A DNA stretch of 64,000 bases from positions 4,668 to 68,667 of the forward strand of contig CAYTLN010000002.1 in the NCBI GenBank assembly GCA_964438845.1, in the 5' to 3' direction. How positions within the stretch are numbered: the stretch's first letter is position 1; every line of letters starts with the position of its first letter. The translations under genes were made by a program, and so were the position numbers. Below, in pieces: positions 60,946 to 64,000 of the stretch. The notes beneath the pieces were generated by a model. It was not told where the DNA came from. It made no database searches and was given only the letters and a program-made list of their open reading frames with translations. This stretch comes from an uncultured Gammaproteobacteria bacterium. GTDB lineage: Bacteria; Patescibacteriota; Patescibacteriia; Patescibacteriales; Patescibacteriaceae.

Positions 60946-61717
60946 ATTTCCTGACTATGAGTATCCCCTTCTTGTTTTCGTCGGCGGGAACGTGATAGCC
61001 GGTAGGATAAGCCAGCAACGCGCTCATGATTGTGGATTCGCTATAGCGATACCGCTCTCCCCGCCTGGTGCCCGGGTCATTGGCAATGAATTGCTTTTTA
61101 GCGGGATCATAGCCGCGGATCAGGATCATGTGGCGTTCCGGACCGGCGCCGCTGAAGTTGGGATTGCCGAGTTTCTGGCCGTTCATCGGCGCCAAGACGA
61201 CCGCCCCGCTCTCAAGCGCCTCGATAATATCCGCCGCCTTTATCCCCTGCTTCACTTCGATATTCGAGTACTTGAAATAATCTTTGAAGATCCAATCACG
61301 GATATCTTCAAGCGATACGTCGCGATATTCGCCGTAGGTTTCCTGTTCGTAATCGGAAATGGCAAGCATGTCGGCCAAGGCCTGCTTTGACCCCGGCATC
61401 CCCTTCTTCTGAGTCCAGAGATACGCCATATAAGCCGCGGCTTCCTCGCAGCCATCCTGCTGGCGTTGGTCATCCCAACCGCCCGTAGGGGCCTGTGAGG
61501 TGAATGGGACGGCATGGTCGATGAACGCAGCTTCCTTTTCGGCCGGCACCTTTGGGGTTTCAACCGGCTTCCGAACTTCAGGAGACCGCGACGGTGTTGT
61601 GTTCTCGGCATCCGATGCTTCCGGCAATGCGGAAGGCGCCTGAGCCGTCGGTTTCTCGCAGCCTGATAGCGCAATCGCGCCCGCACAGATCATGATAGTT
61701 ATAAGGAGTTTTCTCAT
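60944..61717 (-). CDS. lipoprotein with a C39-like (Peptidase_C39_2/BtrH-like) domain
   Basis: Lipobox IALSGC. VPFTSQAPTGGWDDQRQQDGCEEAAAYMAY and LIRGYD. Confidence 0.72.
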   Translation of the reverse strand: MRKLLITIMICAGAIALSGCEKPTAQAPSALPEASDAENTTPSRSPEVRKPVETPKVPAEKEAAFIDHAVPFTSQAPTGGWDDQRQQDGCEEAAAYMAYLWTQKKGMPGSKQALADMLAISDYEQETYGEYRDVSLEDIRDWIFKDYFKYSNIEVKQGIKAADIIEALESGAVVLAPMNGQKLGNPNFSGAGPERHMILIRGYDPAKKQFIANDPGTRRGERYRYSESTIMSALLAYPTGYHVPADENKKGILIVRK

Positions 61718-61788
61718 GGGTTTTTTGCTAATTGTAACTCGTTCCTATAGTATACGTATAATATCGCATAATGTAACTAACTCATCCT

Positions 61789-62451
61789 ATGAAGCCATTA
61801 TATCTGCTGTGCGCTATTATTGTCGCGGTTGCGGTCGGTTATGGAATCTACGCGATTTCAAAAGGTTCGGCCGATGTTCCGGTCTCAAAGAACTTAGCGG
61901 TTCCTTTCACTCCCCAGGCCCCGGACGCTGAATGGCATGAACCGTGGCAGAACGCCTGCGAAGAAACATCGGTGATCATGGCCGATGCATTCTATAAGGA
62001 TAAGAAATCTTTGCCGCCGGCAGAAGCGAAAAAGAAGATATTAGAGATTTTCAAAGTCAAAGAGGCGGAATTCGGATCGAGCGCCGATGAATCGATGGAG
62101 CGGGTAGCTGAGATAGTGAACGGAGCGCAACTCGGCTGGACAGCTTCGGTTTCCGTAAATCCCGAACTGAATGCCATCAAGAAGGAAATCATGGCGGGCC
62201 GCCCCGTTATCGCTCCGATCGATGCGCGGCTGCTTACAGGCGATCCGTACGCCGGTACGCTGGATTACCATGTCCTTGTCATTTCCGGATACGATGACGC
62301 TTCGGAAGAATTCATTATCCAGGATCCCGGAACAAAAAAAGGCCGCAACGAGCGTTACGGCTATGAGGTTCTTTATAACGCTATCAATGACTATCTGCCC
62401 GGTGCTTTTCCCTCGGGCCGCAAAGCCGTCCTGTTTACTTCTCCCGCTTAG
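61789..62451 (+). CDS. membrane-anchored C39-like peptidase domain protein (paralog)
   Basis: VPFTPQAPDAEWHEPWQNACEETSVIMADAFY and HVLVISGYDD. Confidence 0.72.
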   Translation: MKPLYLLCAIIVAVAVGYGIYAISKGSADVPVSKNLAVPFTPQAPDAEWHEPWQNACEETSVIMADAFYKDKKSLPPAEAKKKILEIFKVKEAEFGSSADESMERVAEIVNGAQLGWTASVSVNPELNAIKKEIMAGRPVIAPIDARLLTGDPYAGTLDYHVLVISGYDDASEEFIIQDPGTKKGRNERYGYEVLYNAINDYLPGAFPSGRKAVLFTSPA

Positions 62452-64000
62452 CTCCGCAGGATCGGATGGTCATGTCCGAGTGCCAGCTTCTTCTGCAGGT
62501 ACGCGACGTGGTTCTGCTTGATCGATGAGAATTTTCTCCGGCTGCCCCCCGCTTTCATGAGGATGTCGGCGGCGTGCTTTCCGCCGAGGAAATGAGGCAG
62601 GATGACATAATCGACGCCTAACGCGTAGAGCGCGAAGGCGTCTTGTATCGTATGGGCGACGAACATCAAGACGGCGCCTTTCTGGGCCTTGCGGATCGCC
62701 TGGGCAAGCAGGATATTCGTCTCGAGGATCGGGATCGTGGAAACGGCGAGCTTCACGGCACCCAATTCGAGGGATTCAAGGAAGCTGATATCGCCCGCGT
62801 CACCGTATTCCGCCGCGATTCCCAGCGAAGTAAAGTTTTCCACTGCTTGCGGGTCATGATCGACTACGAGAAATTTTTTCTTTTCTTGCCTGAACGATTC
62901 GACGAAGTCATGCCCGATGCGGTTACAGCCGAAAAGGATTATCGGGAATTGGCGTTTGGCAAGCTTTTTCTCAGAAGCGGAAGTGCGTTCAAAGATCGAA
63001 AGCAGCGGCTCCAACCATGCGTAAATCTTGTCACTGTACATGATCATGTATGTCGAAACGAAAATCGTAATAAGCCCGACAAGCGTAACGGTCGACATGA
63101 CCCGTCCGTCAACGTGTCCGAGACTCATGCCGAGAGCGACAAGGATCAAGGAGAACTCACTGATCTGAGCGACAGTAAAGCCCACTTTGAGAGATGTCTT
63201 TTTCCGATAGCCAAAGATGCCCATGATTATCATCAGGATTACCGGATTGCCGATCAGTACGAAGAGCGACAGGATGACAGCTGTCGGGATGGTTTCCCAG
63301 AGGCCGGTCAGGACCATCCGGGCTCCCAGCATGATAAAGAAAACGACGATGAAAAAGTCCCGCAGCGGAGTCAGGCGCGCGCTGATTTCATGACGCGATG
63401 GCAGGGCGGCTAGGGAGACCCCGGCTATCAATGCCCCGGTTTCAATGGAAAATCCGAATATCTTGAATGCCGCGGCGACAATGAATCCCCAGCTGAGCGA
63501 GAAAAGGAACAAGAGCTCCTGGGAATGGGAAAAGAATCCGTTGAGCGGCTTGAGGACGCGATGAGCGATCACCCATGCGATGCCGGCGAGGATAATCCCT
63601 TTTAGGAACATGACGGCGATACTGCCAAAGGTTGCGCCGGGAGCCGCCAGCAGCGGGATCGCGAAGAGAAGGATGAGGGCGATGATATCCTGTACGAGAA
63701 GGAATCCGATGGAAATCTTAGCAGGCAGCGATTCTAGCTCGCCTTTATCCGAGAGCAGCTTAAGGATGATGATCGTGCTTGAGAACGCGAGAGCGATGGC
63801 GATATAGCCGGCTACGATCGGGGCATATCCAAGCGCCAGGCAGATGAAGAAGCCGATTGCTCCCGTAAACAAGACCTGCCCGATGCCCGTCGCGAGCGAT
63901 ACCTTCCCGAATTGCTTTATGATCGCGGGACTCAGGTTCAACCCGACCGTGAAGAGAAGGATCGCTATGCCGATCTGGCTGAACAGCTCGAAAATCTCGA
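62448..64000 (-). CDS. cation:proton antiporter (Kef/CPA2-like) with a C-terminal TrkA-N domain; N-terminus outside the window
   Basis: The frame stays open upstream of the track TTG start to the window edge (EIFELFSQIGIAILLFTVGLNLSP). Multiple TM segments. ILFGCNRIGHDFVESF Rossmann-like motif. Confidence 0.82.
   Translation of the reverse strand, partial: EIFELFSQIGIAILLFTVGLNLSPAIIKQFGKVSLATGIGQVLFTGAIGFFICLALGYAPIVAGYIAIALAFSSTIIILKLLSDKGELESLPAKISIGFLLVQDIIALILLFAIPLLAAPGATFGSIAVMFLKGIILAGIAWVIAHRVLKPLNGFFSHSQELLFLFSLSWGFIVAAAFKIFGFSIETGALIAGVSLAALPSRHEISARLTPLRDFFIVVFFIMLGARMVLTGLWETIPTAVILSLFVLIGNPVILMIIMGIFGYRKKTSLKVGFTVAQISEFSLILVALGMSLGHVDGRVMSTVTLVGLITIFVSTYMIMYSDKIYAWLEPLLSIFERTSASEKKLAKRQFPIILFGCNRIGHDFVESFRQEKKKFLVVDHDPQAVENFTSLGIAAEYGDAGDISFLESLELGAVKLAVSTIPILETNILLAQAIRKAQKGAVLMFVAHTIQDAFALYALGVDYVILPHFLGGKHAADILMKAGGSRRKFSSIKQNHVAYLQKKLALGHDHPILRS

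Noticed and set aside
1-64000. CRISPR arrays, tRNA/rRNA genes, IS elements or integrases, and an alternative genetic code.
   Set aside because: No spaced direct-repeat array was seen; the only tandem DNA repeat is the in-frame (TPPV)3. No cloverleaf with a GGTTCGAnTCC T-loop was found in any intergenic gap. No transposase, recombinase or RT motifs appear in any frame. TGA clearly terminates well-conserved genes (murC, flippase, GT2), so UGA recoding is not in use.

Overview
A gene-dense 64-kb bacterial chromosome segment read with the standard genetic code (TGA is used as a stop). About 70 CDS are called, mostly on the + strand and often translationally coupled through ATGA or TAATATG overlaps. 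No rRNA, tRNA, CRISPR array, transposase or integrase was recognised. Main content, left to right: (1) murC-murB. (2) A MacAB-like efflux operon: a 596-aa HlyD adaptor, an ABC ATPase and two FtsX permeases. (3) A large cell-envelope glycan region at 9-29 kb and 40.8-46 kb, holding two DUF4012 proteins, mreB, seven GT4/GT2 glycosyltransferases, a UDP-glucuronate decarboxylase-like enzyme, a Wzx-type flippase, a Wzy/O-antigen-ligase-like protein, GT-C-like polytopic proteins and an S8 protease with FG-GAP repeats. (4) tgt, a secreted S1 protease, a thermonuclease and alaS. (5) The infA-rpmJ-rpsM-rpsK-rpsD-rpoA-rplQ-rplM-rpsI block. (6) greA, lysS, serS, an aminotransferase, a truncated MurF-like protein and an FtsQ-like protein. 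(7) Extracytoplasmic proteins (PQQ sugar dehydrogenase, GerMN/Gmad2, CAP), dedA, msrB, DUF1761, DUF305, two C39-like peptidases and a Kef-type antiporter that runs off the window end. The domain repertoire and several reduced housekeeping proteins suggest a Patescibacteria/CPR-like organism; this is inference only. The reduced proteins are RpoA without an alpha-CTD, AlaRS without C-Ala, TGT without its zinc ligands and MurF without its C-domain. The most interesting unexplained signals are three gene-free, hairpin-dense loci, each with its own promoter-like and terminator-like elements: 32.1-32.3 kb, 34.14-34.72 kb and 56.9-57.2 kb. I could not match any of them to RNase P, tmRNA, SRP or T-box signatures by eye. 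Other notable signals are a recurrent TGnTATACT extended -10 placed 6-10 nt before start codons, which would give leaderless or near-leaderless mRNAs, and a visibly AT-richer orphan-gene island at 56.6-58.8 kb.
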